In this document: in pieces, positions 1 through 9,075 of the stretch
Numbering within the stretch: the stretch's first letter is position 1
Layout of the letters: each line of letters begins with the position of its first letter
Origin: a virus
Length of the DNA stretch: 64,000 nucleotides
Direction: 5' to 3' (one strand)
Virus record (IMG/VR): IMGVR_UViG_3300034272_001701
Span: 32,001 to 96,000 of that record
Program-made: the position numbers and the translations under genes
Notes under the pieces: generated by a model
The model's input: the letters and a program-made list of their open reading frames with translations, nothing else
The model's database searches: none
What the model was told of the DNA's origin: nothing

Positions 1-747
1 ATTAAATGCCGTTGTTTCTGCTATTATTGAATAATACGATTCGTTATAGATATTGTAAGGTAGGATAACAAATCTAGATACTTCGATATTATCGATTAAT
101 GTATTATATTCTCGTGAATTAGAATCAACTTGCTCGGTCCATATACCCTTAGTCAGATCTTCTTTGAAATATGTGAAAAAAAATTTATCTTTGATTGCGG
201 AATTATTGTACCATTGTTCAATAACATCTCTATGACGTCTTCTTGAACCTAATAGACAATCAAACATTTTTTTTCTTTGTGAATTATAATTAAACGGTTT
301 TACTTTTGCTAAGATTGAATCAGCCCAGCTGGACTGTAAATAGCTGTTTAAATTATCATTTTTACTGTAATAGTTTGTAGGACCCATAAACCAAGATATA
401 TTGGTTTTATAAGATAATCGATTGTCGGCATTAACTATTATATCTGAAAAAATTTTTAGTTTGTCGTTATTTTTATTCTTTATATAACTTATGATGCTTT
501 GGTCTGTTGGTTCAGAAAAATTAACCACTAGTTTTTTAGTTTTAGGTAGAATTTGATCTATTACTTTGTCATGATGATTAAAATCATTTGTGTAAAAGCT
601 TATTGCAACAATATCACAATCATCAGGCAGTGAACTAATCCAATTTGTTTTATTAAATTGGCAATAATTAGAAATTTGATTTGTGCAGATATTTTTGTTA
701 TAATCAAGTAATTCAAAAAAATATCCATCAACGTAAACTTTAGACAT
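1..747 (-). CDS. Partial ORF (runs off left edge), putative glycosyltransferase-like protein of the ET..(F)..TEK..KP family
   Basis: Not in the ORF track. Open frame from ATG at 747 (MSKVYVDGYFFELL...) to base 1, ending ...IYNESYYSIIAETTAFN, the segment that precedes the [T/S]EKIFKP motif in paralogs 23847..24986 and 32367..33299. TAAATA lies 6 nt upstream. Confidence 0.7.
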   Translation of the reverse strand, partial: MSKVYVDGYFFELLDYNKNICTNQISNYCQFNKTNWISSLPDDCDIVAISFYTNDFNHHDKVIDQILPKTKKLVVNFSEPTDQSIISYIKNKNNDKLKIFSDIIVNADNRLSYKTNISWFMGPTNYYSKNDNLNSYLQSSWADSILAKVKPFNYNSQRKKMFDCLLGSRRRHRDVIEQWYNNSAIKDKFFFTYFKEDLTKGIWTEQVDSNSREYNTLIDNIEVSRFVILPYNIYNESYYSIIAETTAFN

Positions 748-761
748 TAAAATTATTTATT

Positions 762-1550
762 ATGAAAATTGGCATCATTGGAATGGGGTATGTTGGTCGA
801 GCTGTTGAGGCCAGTTGGCTTGGTAGCCAACACTCTGTAAAATTTTATGACCCAGCAGTTGCAGGTTCTGTCGGCGGTATTGACGAAATAATCAACGATC
901 AACCAGGTGCAATTTTTGTATGTGTTCCGACGCCGTCCTCTGACAGTGGCGCATGTGATACTACCGTCATTACCAATACACTAAAATCTTTAGTAGGGCA
1001 TTACGCAGGAGCAATTATTGTAAAAAGTACTGTTCCTCCGGATTTTTGGTTAGATTACAAACATGTACATAATCTTTATCATGTTCCAGAATTTCTAGTT
1101 GCTCGGCAGGCCATTTATGATTATCTAAATCCCGACTTTATATTTGTGGGCGGTAATAACGATTGTCACGACGCAATTCGTATTATACGAGCAAGCGCAG
1201 TTAGAATTTCTGTACCAATTGTAACTACAGATTTAATTACTGCGAGCCTTGTAAAATATTTCATGAATAGTTTTTTAGCAACCAAAGTTACTGTACTAAA
1301 TCAGTACTACCAACTTTGTGAAAAGCTAGGTGGTGATTGGAACAAGTTTACAGAAATGATAGAAGTAGATGATCGTATGGGATCCAGTCATAATCAAGTG
1401 CCCGGACCTGATGGTCAGTTTGGTTATGGTGGAGCTTGCTTTCCTAAGGATGTTCGTGCTATAATTAATTCTATACAAGCACACAATGTTAGTGCAGGTA
1501 TCATCGAGGCGGTGGATTCTGCTAACACACATTTTAGAGGTACAGAATGA
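762..1550 (+). CDS. ugd: UDP-glucose/GDP-mannose 6-dehydrogenase family (short form)
   Basis: GxGxxG (GMGYVG), FVCVPTP, KSTVPP, PEFL and catalytic GYGGACFPKD. At 262 aa it lacks the usual C-terminal domain. Confidence 0.88.
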   Translation: MKIGIIGMGYVGRAVEASWLGSQHSVKFYDPAVAGSVGGIDEIINDQPGAIFVCVPTPSSDSGACDTTVITNTLKSLVGHYAGAIIVKSTVPPDFWLDYKHVHNLYHVPEFLVARQAIYDYLNPDFIFVGGNNDCHDAIRIIRASAVRISVPIVTTDLITASLVKYFMNSFLATKVTVLNQYYQLCEKLGGDWNKFTEMIEVDDRMGSSHNQVPGPDGQFGYGGACFPKDVRAIINSIQAHNVSAGIIEAVDSANTHFRGTE

Positions 1551-2098
1551 ACAAACTTTATTATTCCGATAAACATATACAATCTCTAGTGCAATCAATA
1601 CTACGAGATATGTATGCACAAAATTGGCGTCCTGATTACGTTGTAGGATTGACACGAGGTGGACTGATACCTGCTGTTATGATTAGTCAATATTTGGGTG
1701 TTCCTATGCATACCTTGAATGTCAGTCTAAGAGACAGTACCGGAGGTCCAGAAAGTAATTTATGGATGGCTGAAGAAGCTTTTGGGTATGTGCCCGAAGA
1801 CGAGAGAAATGGTGGTGATACCAAAGTTGATCCGGCCTATAGAAAAAAAATCCTAATTGTAGATGATATCAATGATACAGGTGCCACTCTAGAATGGATC
1901 AAACAAGATTGGTCTAGTGGATGCTTACCAAATCATGCTGCCTGGGATTCAGTTTGGAACAAAACAACACGATTTGCAGTGCTAGTTAATAATGACGCAA
2001 GTGGTTTTAAAAATATTGACTTTGCTGGTACCCATATAAACAAATATGAAAATCCTTGTTGGGTAGTATTCCCTTGGGAACATTGGTGGGAACAATGA
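1547..2098 (+). CDS. Type I phosphoribosyltransferase (xanthine/guanine/hypoxanthine PRT-like)
   Basis: VVGLTRGGLIPA, PRPP-binding LIVDDINDTGAT and C-terminal WVVFPWE. Confidence 0.88.
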   Translation: MNKLYYSDKHIQSLVQSILRDMYAQNWRPDYVVGLTRGGLIPAVMISQYLGVPMHTLNVSLRDSTGGPESNLWMAEEAFGYVPEDERNGGDTKVDPAYRKKILIVDDINDTGATLEWIKQDWSSGCLPNHAAWDSVWNKTTRFAVLVNNDASGFKNIDFAGTHINKYENPCWVVFPWEHWWEQ

Positions 2099-2433
2099 TT
2101 GCACTACCACCAGGATGTACCGTCACTTATGCTGTTTGGGTTGACGTAGATAAGTTAAGCGACGAAATGGTTGAGTGGTATAGACTGGTTGACGGCAAAG
2201 TGTATCAAGACAAGTGGTACGATCCTCGTGGCCGTGAGCAATCAATTTATTATGTAAGCTACGGCAAGGGAAAACGCTGTCATCATCATCAAAATGGCGC
2301 AGGCGGAACTAGACTACATTTTCACGGTGATGATGCATCTGCTGCTAGTATGTTTATTATGAAATTTTTTGACCATATTACAGCAAACAATTTACAAGAA
2401 CAAATGGAAAGGCTAGCTAGAGAAACATGTTAA
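2095..2433 (+). CDS. Hypothetical protein (small paralogous family)
   Basis: Likely start is ATG 2095, overlapping the upstream stop (ATGA). C-terminal F..DASAASMFIMKF motif resembles 15663 and 19722. Confidence 0.65.
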   Translation: MIALPPGCTVTYAVWVDVDKLSDEMVEWYRLVDGKVYQDKWYDPRGREQSIYYVSYGKGKRCHHHQNGAGGTRLHFHGDDASAASMFIMKFFDHITANNLQEQMERLARETC

Positions 2434-3152
2434 ATCGTTTTTTTACCTTTGGATGCAGTTTTACTAATTTTCCTTATCCTACTTATGCGGACATATTATC
2501 ACTAAATTTTGATTCGTATCAAAATTGGGGCAGAGGAGGCTCTGGAAATCATTTTATTTTTAATAGCATAATTGAAGCCAATCAACGAAATAATTTTTGC
2601 CCGTCAGATACTGTTATAGTTCAATGGACAAATACCGGCAGGGAAGACAGATATGCCCACCGCGGATGGATAGGTGATGGGAATATTTACAGCCAACTGA
2701 CTTATGATGAAGAATGGGTTAAAAAACATATCACAGAACGCGGATGTTTGTTAAGAGATTTAGCATTTATACAAGCGGCGTACATGATCTTAAAAAATAT
2801 AAATTGTAAATTATATTTTATTTCTTCTGTTCCAATAACAAAACACGATGATTGGTTTGATATAATATCATTGAAAAATAATGATGTATACAATTTATAC
2901 GAAAATGTGATAAAAGAAATAAAATCGAGTTATTATGAGGTGATATTTCAGAATGAATGGAAACACTTCACTGATAACGGACAGGAAAGAGATTCTCATC
3001 CTACTCCCAACGAACATCTTGAATATATTCGCAAAGTATTACCAGAATTCACAGTTACTAATAAAATGGAAGAATTTGCTGAACAAGAAACTATTAAATT
3101 TTTAAACAATCAAAGATCTGATTTCAAACGATCAAGAGTGAAAAGATTTTAA
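2427..3152 (+). CDS. SGNH/GDSL-like protein
   Basis: N-terminal FGCSFT, block II G.GGSGN, C-terminal DSHP. Confidence 0.65.
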   Translation: MLNRFFTFGCSFTNFPYPTYADILSLNFDSYQNWGRGGSGNHFIFNSIIEANQRNNFCPSDTVIVQWTNTGREDRYAHRGWIGDGNIYSQLTYDEEWVKKHITERGCLLRDLAFIQAAYMILKNINCKLYFISSVPITKHDDWFDIISLKNNDVYNLYENVIKEIKSSYYEVIFQNEWKHFTDNGQERDSHPTPNEHLEYIRKVLPEFTVTNKMEEFAEQETIKFLNNQRSDFKRSRVKRF

Positions 3153-3166
3153 AGATAAATATTAAT

Positions 3167-3346
3167 ATGTGGACTCTAATTATTATGCTACACGCCGTTT
3201 CTCCAAACGTACCTCCAGCCAAAGGATCTATACTTTTATCTACTACAGGACACGAAGAATGTCTTAAAGCAAGAGATGCGGTTATACGAGGATGGCAGTC
3301 AGATCGATATCGTGTGTCAGCTAATTGTCTTCTACTAAAGCAATAA
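3167..3346 (+). CDS. Small hypothetical protein (59 aa), below the ORF-track cutoff
   Basis: MWTLIIMLHAVSPNVPPAKGSILLSTTGHEECLKARDAVIRGWQSDRYRVSANCLLLKQ fills the gap between neighbours. TAAATA (3156-3161) is 5 nt before the ATG. Hydrophobic N-terminus and two Cys. Confidence 0.6.
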   Translation: MWTLIIMLHAVSPNVPPAKGSILLSTTGHEECLKARDAVIRGWQSDRYRVSANCLLLKQ

Positions 3347-3350
3347 CAGG

Positions 3351-3358
3351 TATAAATA
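3351..3358 (+). promoter_or_regulatory. T4-type late promoter TATAAATA upstream of queD
   Basis: Exact match to the T4 late consensus TATAAATA in an intergenic position. Confidence 0.65.
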
Positions 3359-3364
3359 AAATTC

Positions 3365-3445
3365 TACACAGCGGCCTTCCTGGCTCTTCATCCCGCTTTA
3401 CAAATTCTGCAGGCCTATGCTAAAATCTTAACATAGGAGAATAAA
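3365..3445 (+). promoter_or_regulatory. Structured 5' leader of queD, candidate cis-regulatory RNA
   Basis: Stem AGCGG(3370-74)/CCGCT(3393-97); alternative pairing GGCCT(3373-77)/AGGCC(3411-15); hairpin CCTATGCTAA(3414-23)/TTAACATAGG(3428-37) overlapping the SD AGGAGA(3435-40). Confidence 0.45.
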
Positions 3446-3949
3446 ATGTCTTTAGCAACGAGAGTTTACAAATACACAAGCACAAAAGAATATCACGATG
3501 CATTTCCATGTGCATATCGTCAATGGCGTGCCGATAGCCATTGCAATCTAATTCACGGCTATAGCTTTAGCATGAAGTTTTACTTTGGTACAGATGATCT
3601 GGATGTGCGTAACTGGGCTGCTGATTACGGCGGCCTCAAAGAACTTAAAAAGATTCTAGAAGACCAATTTGACCATACACTAATTGTAGCAGCGGATGAT
3701 CCCGAATTGGCCACATTCAAGATGCTACAAGAACGTAAAATGGCCAAGATTGTTGTGCTACCCAAGCTAGGTTGCGAAGGGCTTGCTGACCAGTTATACA
3801 AATTTGTTAATGGTGTATACATTCCTGACATGTGGGGGCCAAGCGAAGCCGAACGTCTTTGGTGCTATCGTGTAGAAGTACGCGAGACACAAGCTAACAT
3901 GGCTTTCCGTGAAGGACATAGAGAATGGAATGAGGATTTGTTCGCTTGA
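3446..3949 (+). CDS. queD: 6-carboxy-5,6,7,8-tetrahydropterin synthase / PTPS family
   Basis: HCNLIHGYS, DYGGLK..K..L..QFDHT, GCEGLA and VEVRET. Good SD; near queE. Confidence 0.85.
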   Translation: MSLATRVYKYTSTKEYHDAFPCAYRQWRADSHCNLIHGYSFSMKFYFGTDDLDVRNWAADYGGLKELKKILEDQFDHTLIVAADDPELATFKMLQERKMAKIVVLPKLGCEGLADQLYKFVNGVYIPDMWGPSEAERLWCYRVEVRETQANMAFREGHREWNEDLFA

Positions 3950-4182
3950 ACGATAACTTTGAAAATTTATTGTACCAGGCAGGGCTAACGGCACAAGGAT
4001 GTTGGGATGAGATGGACGAATACGATCAAGCGGCCATCTTACAATTTGGTCGACTTGTTGTACAAGATTGTATTAAAATACTACATCAACAAGAAAGAAT
4101 TCCCAAAGGGTACCTTTATGCCAAACCTGCACACATACATGAACTAGCAATCAAACAACATTTTGGAATAGACAATGAGTAA
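3946..4182 (+). CDS. Hypothetical protein
   Basis: TTG start overlaps the queD stop; overlaps the queE start; ends IKQHFG. Confidence 0.6.
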   Translation: MNDNFENLLYQAGLTAQGCWDEMDEYDQAAILQFGRLVVQDCIKILHQQERIPKGYLYAKPAHIHELAIKQHFGIDNE

Positions 4183-5047
4183 AATCAAGGTAGCAGAATT
4201 ATTTTATAGTATTCAAGGCGAAGGCCGCTATATGGGTGTACCAAGTGTATTCTTGCGAACATTCGGATGCAACTTTAAATGTGCTGGCTTTGGCATGCCA
4301 AGAGGTGAAATAAGCATTGAAGCGGATGATATTGCATACACCCATGCCAATATTGAATCATTTCACAAGTACGAGGAACTTCCTTTGGTTAGTACAGGTT
4401 GTGATAGTTATGCCAGCTGGCATCCTGCATTCAAGGATCTTAGTCCTGTACTAACTAGTGATGCAATTGCAGAACGTATTATGGAAATTCTTCCGCACGG
4501 TAAGTGGAAAGATGAGCATCTAGTTATTACAGGTGGTGAACCATTGTTAGGATGGCAGCGCAGCTACGAGGATTTACTAAATCATCCTCGTATGCAAAAA
4601 CTAAAAGAAATTACGTTCGAAACTAACGGCACCCAGGAGTTGTCGAAAGAGTTTAGACACTATCTATTAGACTGGACACTGAATCCCAAACTTGGTCGCA
4701 GAGGCCATAATGCTCTTACATTTAGCGTAAGTGCTAAACTTCCTGCTAGTGGTGAACGTTGGGAAGATGCTATTAGACCCGACATTGTTTGCAGCTATCA
4801 AGAAATTGGTCATACTTATCTCAAGTTTGTTGTGGCTACAGAAGCGGATGTACAAGACGCATTAAAGGCTCATGAACAATATCGCAATGCAGGATTTAAA
4901 GGTGATGTGTATCTAATGCCAGTAGGCGGTGTAGAAAGTGTTTACTCGTTAAACAATCGCACAGTAGCAATGGCTGCAATGAAACATGGATTGAGATATA
5001 GTGATAGATTGCAAGTGCCGTTATTTAAAAACGAATGGGGCACTTAA
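4175..5047 (+). CDS. queE: 7-carboxy-7-deazaguanine synthase (radical SAM)
   Basis: ELFYSIQGEG..G.PSVFLRTFGCNFKC...CDS, VITGGEPLL, FETNGT, LKFVV and RLQV. The cluster motif is split as CX3CX39C. Confidence 0.88.
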   Translation: MSKIKVAELFYSIQGEGRYMGVPSVFLRTFGCNFKCAGFGMPRGEISIEADDIAYTHANIESFHKYEELPLVSTGCDSYASWHPAFKDLSPVLTSDAIAERIMEILPHGKWKDEHLVITGGEPLLGWQRSYEDLLNHPRMQKLKEITFETNGTQELSKEFRHYLLDWTLNPKLGRRGHNALTFSVSAKLPASGERWEDAIRPDIVCSYQEIGHTYLKFVVATEADVQDALKAHEQYRNAGFKGDVYLMPVGGVESVYSLNNRTVAMAAMKHGLRYSDRLQVPLFKNEWGT

Positions 5048-5048
5048 A

Positions 5049-5255
5049 GTGTCAAAATTTAATTTTTATTTTTTAAGATCAAAAGGTATTTTAATATGGT
5101 CTTTAAGGATTAAATCTAGAACCTTCACTTTTAGACTGGATAAAATCAACAGATGGTGGAGACCAAAATTTGTAACTTACAAACTTCAAGACTTGGATAT
5201 CTTAGGATTATATTACGAAGTAGGGTTTGTTAACTTAAAAGATGATAAAGGATAG
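5049..5255 (+). CDS. Hypothetical protein
   Basis: Fills the gap; probable GTG start just after the queE stop (track ORF 5001..5255). Confidence 0.4.
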   Translation: MSKFNFYFLRSKGILIWSLRIKSRTFTFRLDKINRWWRPKFVTYKLQDLDILGLYYEVGFVNLKDDKG

Positions 5256-5257
5256 AT

Positions 5258-5647
5258 ATGTTTGAATGGCTAAAGAAGAAACCAGAAGTAAAGGCAGAAA
5301 CAAAGTCTGAACCTAAGCCTAAGAAAAAGTCAGCCAAAGAGTTGGCTACTGAGGCCGGCGATCCTTACATCAGCGTTGTCAGTGTTGAACTTGATCCGGA
5401 TGATGTTGGTAACGGCGCATTTGAACTCGACTGGAACGAAGTTTTTGTTGCTCGTCTAGTAAAAGCCGGCTACATGCAGAAAAAAGATGATACTGACGCT
5501 GAGATCGTGGATCGGTGGTTTCAAAGTATTTGTAGAAATATTCTCAACGAAAATTTTGAGCAATGGGAGGCCAATCAACCCATTGATGCCCGTCCCCGGC
5601 GTGTTGACAGAAACGATCTAGGAAACGGACGAACGGAAATATCTTGA
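5258..5647 (+). CDS. Hypothetical phage protein
   Basis: Well-packed ORF with GAFELDWNEVFV and IVDRWFQSIC. Confidence 0.7.
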   Translation: MFEWLKKKPEVKAETKSEPKPKKKSAKELATEAGDPYISVVSVELDPDDVGNGAFELDWNEVFVARLVKAGYMQKKDDTDAEIVDRWFQSICRNILNENFEQWEANQPIDARPRRVDRNDLGNGRTEIS

Positions 5648-6327
5648 TATTATATGTAAACGGTGATAGTCATAGTGCCGGAGCAGAAGCAGTTGTTCCG
5701 TTTTGTTTTGCACAAGATGACTATCTTTATCGAGGTTTAGGAAAAAAACCGCATCCAGAAAACGAGCGTGCCAGTTATGGTTGTTTGATTGCTAATCACT
5801 TAGGTGCTATACTGCATTGTGATGCGGAATCTGCTAGTAGTAATACTAGAATAATAAGAACAACTAGGGAATATCTTGCTAACGAAGGTACACCGGATGC
5901 AATTGTAATTGGATGGAGCACCTGGGAAAGAGAAGAGTGGCTACTTGATGATGTTTTTTGGCAAGTAAATGCTGGTGGAGTCGGAAACGACTGGCCCAAA
6001 GAAATCAAAGAACGTTATAAAAAATACGTTGTCAACATTGATTGGGAATACTACGAGCACAAAGCACATGATGAAATTTTCGCATTTCATAATGAATTAC
6101 AAGAAAAACAAATCCCACATCTGTTTTTTAACTGCTATAGTGATTTCCAAAATCAACCAATGGTCGATTGGTCTAACTGTTATGTAGAACCATACGACCC
6201 GGATATGACTTATTGGCAATGGCTGACCAATAATGGTTTCAAATCAAATGACGCTTACCATTTTCGAGCAGATGCCCATGAAAAATGGGCAGAATTTCTT
6301 TTACCGTACTTGACACGATTATTATAA
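5644..6327 (+). CDS. SGNH/GDSL-like protein
   Basis: LYVNGDSHS, SASSN.RI.R, IGWSTWEREE and late YHF...H. Confidence 0.65.
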   Translation: MILYVNGDSHSAGAEAVVPFCFAQDDYLYRGLGKKPHPENERASYGCLIANHLGAILHCDAESASSNTRIIRTTREYLANEGTPDAIVIGWSTWEREEWLLDDVFWQVNAGGVGNDWPKEIKERYKKYVVNIDWEYYEHKAHDEIFAFHNELQEKQIPHLFFNCYSDFQNQPMVDWSNCYVEPYDPDMTYWQWLTNNGFKSNDAYHFRADAHEKWAEFLLPYLTRLL

Positions 6328-6338
6328 TATGCTAATAT
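6310..6338 (+). promoter_or_regulatory. Sigma70-type promoter, probably leaderless, for the exonuclease gene
   Basis: TTGACA-N17-TAATAT with extended -10 TG. ATG 6345 is 6 nt downstream with no SD. Confidence 0.55.
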
Positions 6339-6344
6339 TACTGC

Positions 6345-7334
6345 ATGAGATATCTAATTGTAGACACAGCCAACACATTCTTTCGTGCCCGTCATTCGGC
6401 CCATCGTCAATCGGATACATGGGATAAGCTAGGATTCGCTATTCATGTTACCCTTGGTTCGGTTAATAAGGCTTGGCGGGATCAGAAAGCCGATCATGTG
6501 GTATTCTGTTTGGAAGGACGCAGCTGGCGAAAAGATTATTACGAGCCGTACAAAAAGAATCGTACAGTCGCTCGTGCAGCTCTCACTGAATCAGAACAGG
6601 AAGAGGACCGACTATTTTGGGAGACGTTTGATAACCTCAAGACGTTCTTATCAGAAAAGACTAATTGTACAGTTCTTCAACATCCAGAACTCGAAGCAGA
6701 TGATCTTATTGCAGGATTCATACACGCACACCCCAATGACCATCACGTTATTATATCCTCCGACACAGATTTCTACCAGTTATTGGCGCCGAATGTCGAG
6801 CAATATAACGGTGTTGCTGATGAACTCCATACGCTAACAGGTATCCTGGACAAAAAAGGCAAACTGGTTATTGATAAAAAAACAAAAGAACCCAAAGTCA
6901 TACCTGATCCGCAATGGATCTTGTTTGAGAAGTGTATGCGTGGAGATCCAACAGATAATATCTTTTCCGCATACCCAGGTGTTAGGACCAAGGGCAGCAA
7001 GAACAAAATTGGTCTCACTGAAGCATTTGCTGACAAACATAAAAAAGGATATGCTTGGAATAACCTTATGCTTCAAAGATGGACAGATCATAACGGTGTG
7101 GAACATCGAGTGCTAGATGACTATGAACGCAATAGGGTGCTGGTGGATCTTACCGCACAGCCCGAGGAAATTAAAAATAAAATTGCAGAAACTATCGCTG
7201 CAGGAGCAGTCAAGCGAAGTCGCCCAATGGTAGGTGCTCAGTTCTTGAAGTTCTGTGGCAAATATGAATTGAACAAGCTCAGTGAGCATAGTTCAAACTA
7301 TGCCGAGCTACTAGGTGCGGAGTATCCAGGATGA
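6345..7334 (+). CDS. rnh: 5'-3' exonuclease / T4 RNase H-like flap nuclease
   Basis: LIVD..N.FFR, SWRK..Y..YKKNR, EADDLIA, IISSDTDFYQL and helix-hairpin GDPTDNI...PGV. Confidence 0.88.
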   Translation: MRYLIVDTANTFFRARHSAHRQSDTWDKLGFAIHVTLGSVNKAWRDQKADHVVFCLEGRSWRKDYYEPYKKNRTVARAALTESEQEEDRLFWETFDNLKTFLSEKTNCTVLQHPELEADDLIAGFIHAHPNDHHVIISSDTDFYQLLAPNVEQYNGVADELHTLTGILDKKGKLVIDKKTKEPKVIPDPQWILFEKCMRGDPTDNIFSAYPGVRTKGSKNKIGLTEAFADKHKKGYAWNNLMLQRWTDHNGVEHRVLDDYERNRVLVDLTAQPEEIKNKIAETIAAGAVKRSRPMVGAQFLKFCGKYELNKLSEHSSNYAELLGAEYPG

Positions 7335-7705
7335 CAACATGGTTAATATTAGCCTTGTTGTTTGTTAAACACTTTCTAGCAGACTTCTGTTGGCAAAGTG
7401 ATAGAATGATCAAAGATAAAGGCCATCTTGGTAGATTAGGCGGATTACAACATGCCGGTCTCCATGGTGCTTTGACCTATGTAATACTCATGCATTTTTT
7501 AGGTATTCAGGCCTGTGTAATGCTGGCAGCAATTGATGCAGGTATTCATTATACAGTGGATTGGACACATCGCCGAGCAACTGTAAAACTATCTACCAAT
7601 TCAGATGCTTTTTGGTTTTGGATCGGAGTAGATCAATTGATTCATGCATTAACTTACTTGATCATAGGATTTATAGTAAGTATTTTATTAGCAGAGTACA
7701 TATAA
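7331..7705 (+). CDS. DUF3307-like membrane protein
   Basis: KHFLADF..Q, HAGLHG, HY.VD and G.DQLIH with hydrophobic segments. Confidence 0.75.
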   Translation: MTTWLILALLFVKHFLADFCWQSDRMIKDKGHLGRLGGLQHAGLHGALTYVILMHFLGIQACVMLAAIDAGIHYTVDWTHRRATVKLSTNSDAFWFWIGVDQLIHALTYLIIGFIVSILLAEYI

Positions 7706-8052
7706 TGATTAATAATATTTACGGAAACAGTCAGTGGCTAGACATACAAACTTATCAAGGTAATAAACCATATATCAATACCACACAGCCAATTGCAGGC
7801 ATGGTACGTTACAACATTCATAACGGTGGTTGTATGGAAGTGTACGATGGTAGTACATGGCAACCATTTGCTAATGGATCAGCAAATATTGACCTTAATG
7901 AAGATACAAAAAGAATACTCGAATGGGCCGAGAAAAAAATGCACGAAGACCAGAAATTAAAAGAACTATTGGTTAGGCATCCTGGCCTAAAAGACTTAAA
8001 CGACAAGTTCGAAATGATGCGAGCACTGTGCATGGAGGAAGAACAACAATGA
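7705..8052 (+). CDS. Hypothetical protein
   Basis: Likely start ATG 7705 (TAATG overlap). Contains GMVRYN...MEVYDGSTW, a short beta motif also seen in tail-fibre proteins. Confidence 0.65.
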   Translation: MINNIYGNSQWLDIQTYQGNKPYINTTQPIAGMVRYNIHNGGCMEVYDGSTWQPFANGSANIDLNEDTKRILEWAEKKMHEDQKLKELLVRHPGLKDLNDKFEMMRALCMEEEQQ

Positions 8053-8321
8053 AATGGTTAAAAAGAAAATTACGAAATTGGCTAAATGAGGAAGATATTC
8101 AATTAGAGAGAGGCATAGTGGTAGAGCGAGATAGATCGGCCCCATCACAAAACGGTATGAACTTTTGTTTATATACAGCAGTAGGTGGTCATATTCTTGA
8201 ATCTCGTGTATACAATCCTAAAACTGATCGCAGCGACGGCACATTATACATGATTCACGAAGATCAAGACTTTGCCAAACAAGTGGCGCAAGCAATTATG
8301 TTGGAGCAAATGAAACTATGA
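8049..8321 (+). CDS. Hypothetical protein
   Basis: Likely start ATG 8049 (ATGA overlap). Similar to the next ORF (A.GG.I...LY.I....DF...V). Confidence 0.65.
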   Translation: MKWLKRKLRNWLNEEDIQLERGIVVERDRSAPSQNGMNFCLYTAVGGHILESRVYNPKTDRSDGTLYMIHEDQDFAKQVAQAIMLEQMKL

Positions 8322-8599
8322 GCAATTATTCTTCTACCATGGCAGGCTCGGCCGCAGGAATCGCTCCGTTGACTGTGAGTGATCTTACCCAAATTAATTT
8401 AGGCGGTTGGAACAGCGAAAACAAATTGCCTAACAAAAAAATATCATTTGATGTTCACACCGCACACGGCGGCTACGTTGTAAAGGTATCCACCGGCTAC
8501 GGCAACGAAGGCGACATGTATGTAATAGACGACAATAAAGATCTCGGACAGGAATTAGGTAAAATTGTGACACATCATACATTGGCTAAATCATCATGA
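8318..8599 (+). CDS. Hypothetical protein
   Basis: Translationally coupled; AHGGYVV...MYVIDDNKDLGQELGKI resembles 8049..8321. Confidence 0.65.
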   Translation: MSNYSSTMAGSAAGIAPLTVSDLTQINLGGWNSENKLPNKKISFDVHTAHGGYVVKVSTGYGNEGDMYVIDDNKDLGQELGKIVTHHTLAKSS

Positions 8600-9075
8600 G
8601 TGAATTAATTGCCAAACCAATTGTAAAAAATAAATTTTGGGTAGTAGAAAAATCTGGTCAGAAGATAGCAACTATTCAAGCTGTTGACGACGGCGGTATT
8701 GTTTATGTTCACAACGATAGAAGAGAAAAGTACCCCAGTGTTAAAATTTTAAGCAAACAATATAATATAAAATTTGATAAGACGTCAAAACAAACAGTTT
8801 ACGAAAAAACAAATCAAGTTTACGGTTATCCTATTTCTGGAAAATTCTTCAACGTTGTATATGATGTAAAGAAACGTTTACCAATATATACCAAAACAGA
8901 AAAAAGTAAAAGTCAATATTGTGCAGGATACTATCTGCTATTGTTAAACAATATTTGGACCAAATCTTTCTGCCCAAAAAATATCAGTGTCAACAGGTAT
9001 CAATACCTTGGACCATTTCGTACAGAAGCAGAAATGTTGAACAAACTAAAGGAATTAAACAATGCAAAAACTTAG
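8596..9075 (+). CDS. Hypothetical phage protein
   Basis: Coupled ORF; basic; AGYY...FCPK...Y.GPF.T. Confidence 0.7.
   Translation: MSELIAKPIVKNKFWVVEKSGQKIATIQAVDDGGIVYVHNDRREKYPSVKILSKQYNIKFDKTSKQTVYEKTNQVYGYPISGKFFNVVYDVKKRLPIYTKTEKSKSQYCAGYYLLLLNNIWTKSFCPKNISVNRYQYLGPFRTEAEMLNKLKELNNAKT

Noticed and set aside
762-1550. ugd as a truncated pseudogene
   Set aside because: Catalytic motifs are intact and the stop is coupled to the next gene; a compact form is more likely.
3365-3445. Canonical preQ1-I riboswitch
   Set aside because: No recognisable preQ1-I loop consensus or A-rich 3' tail; kept only as an unclassified candidate.
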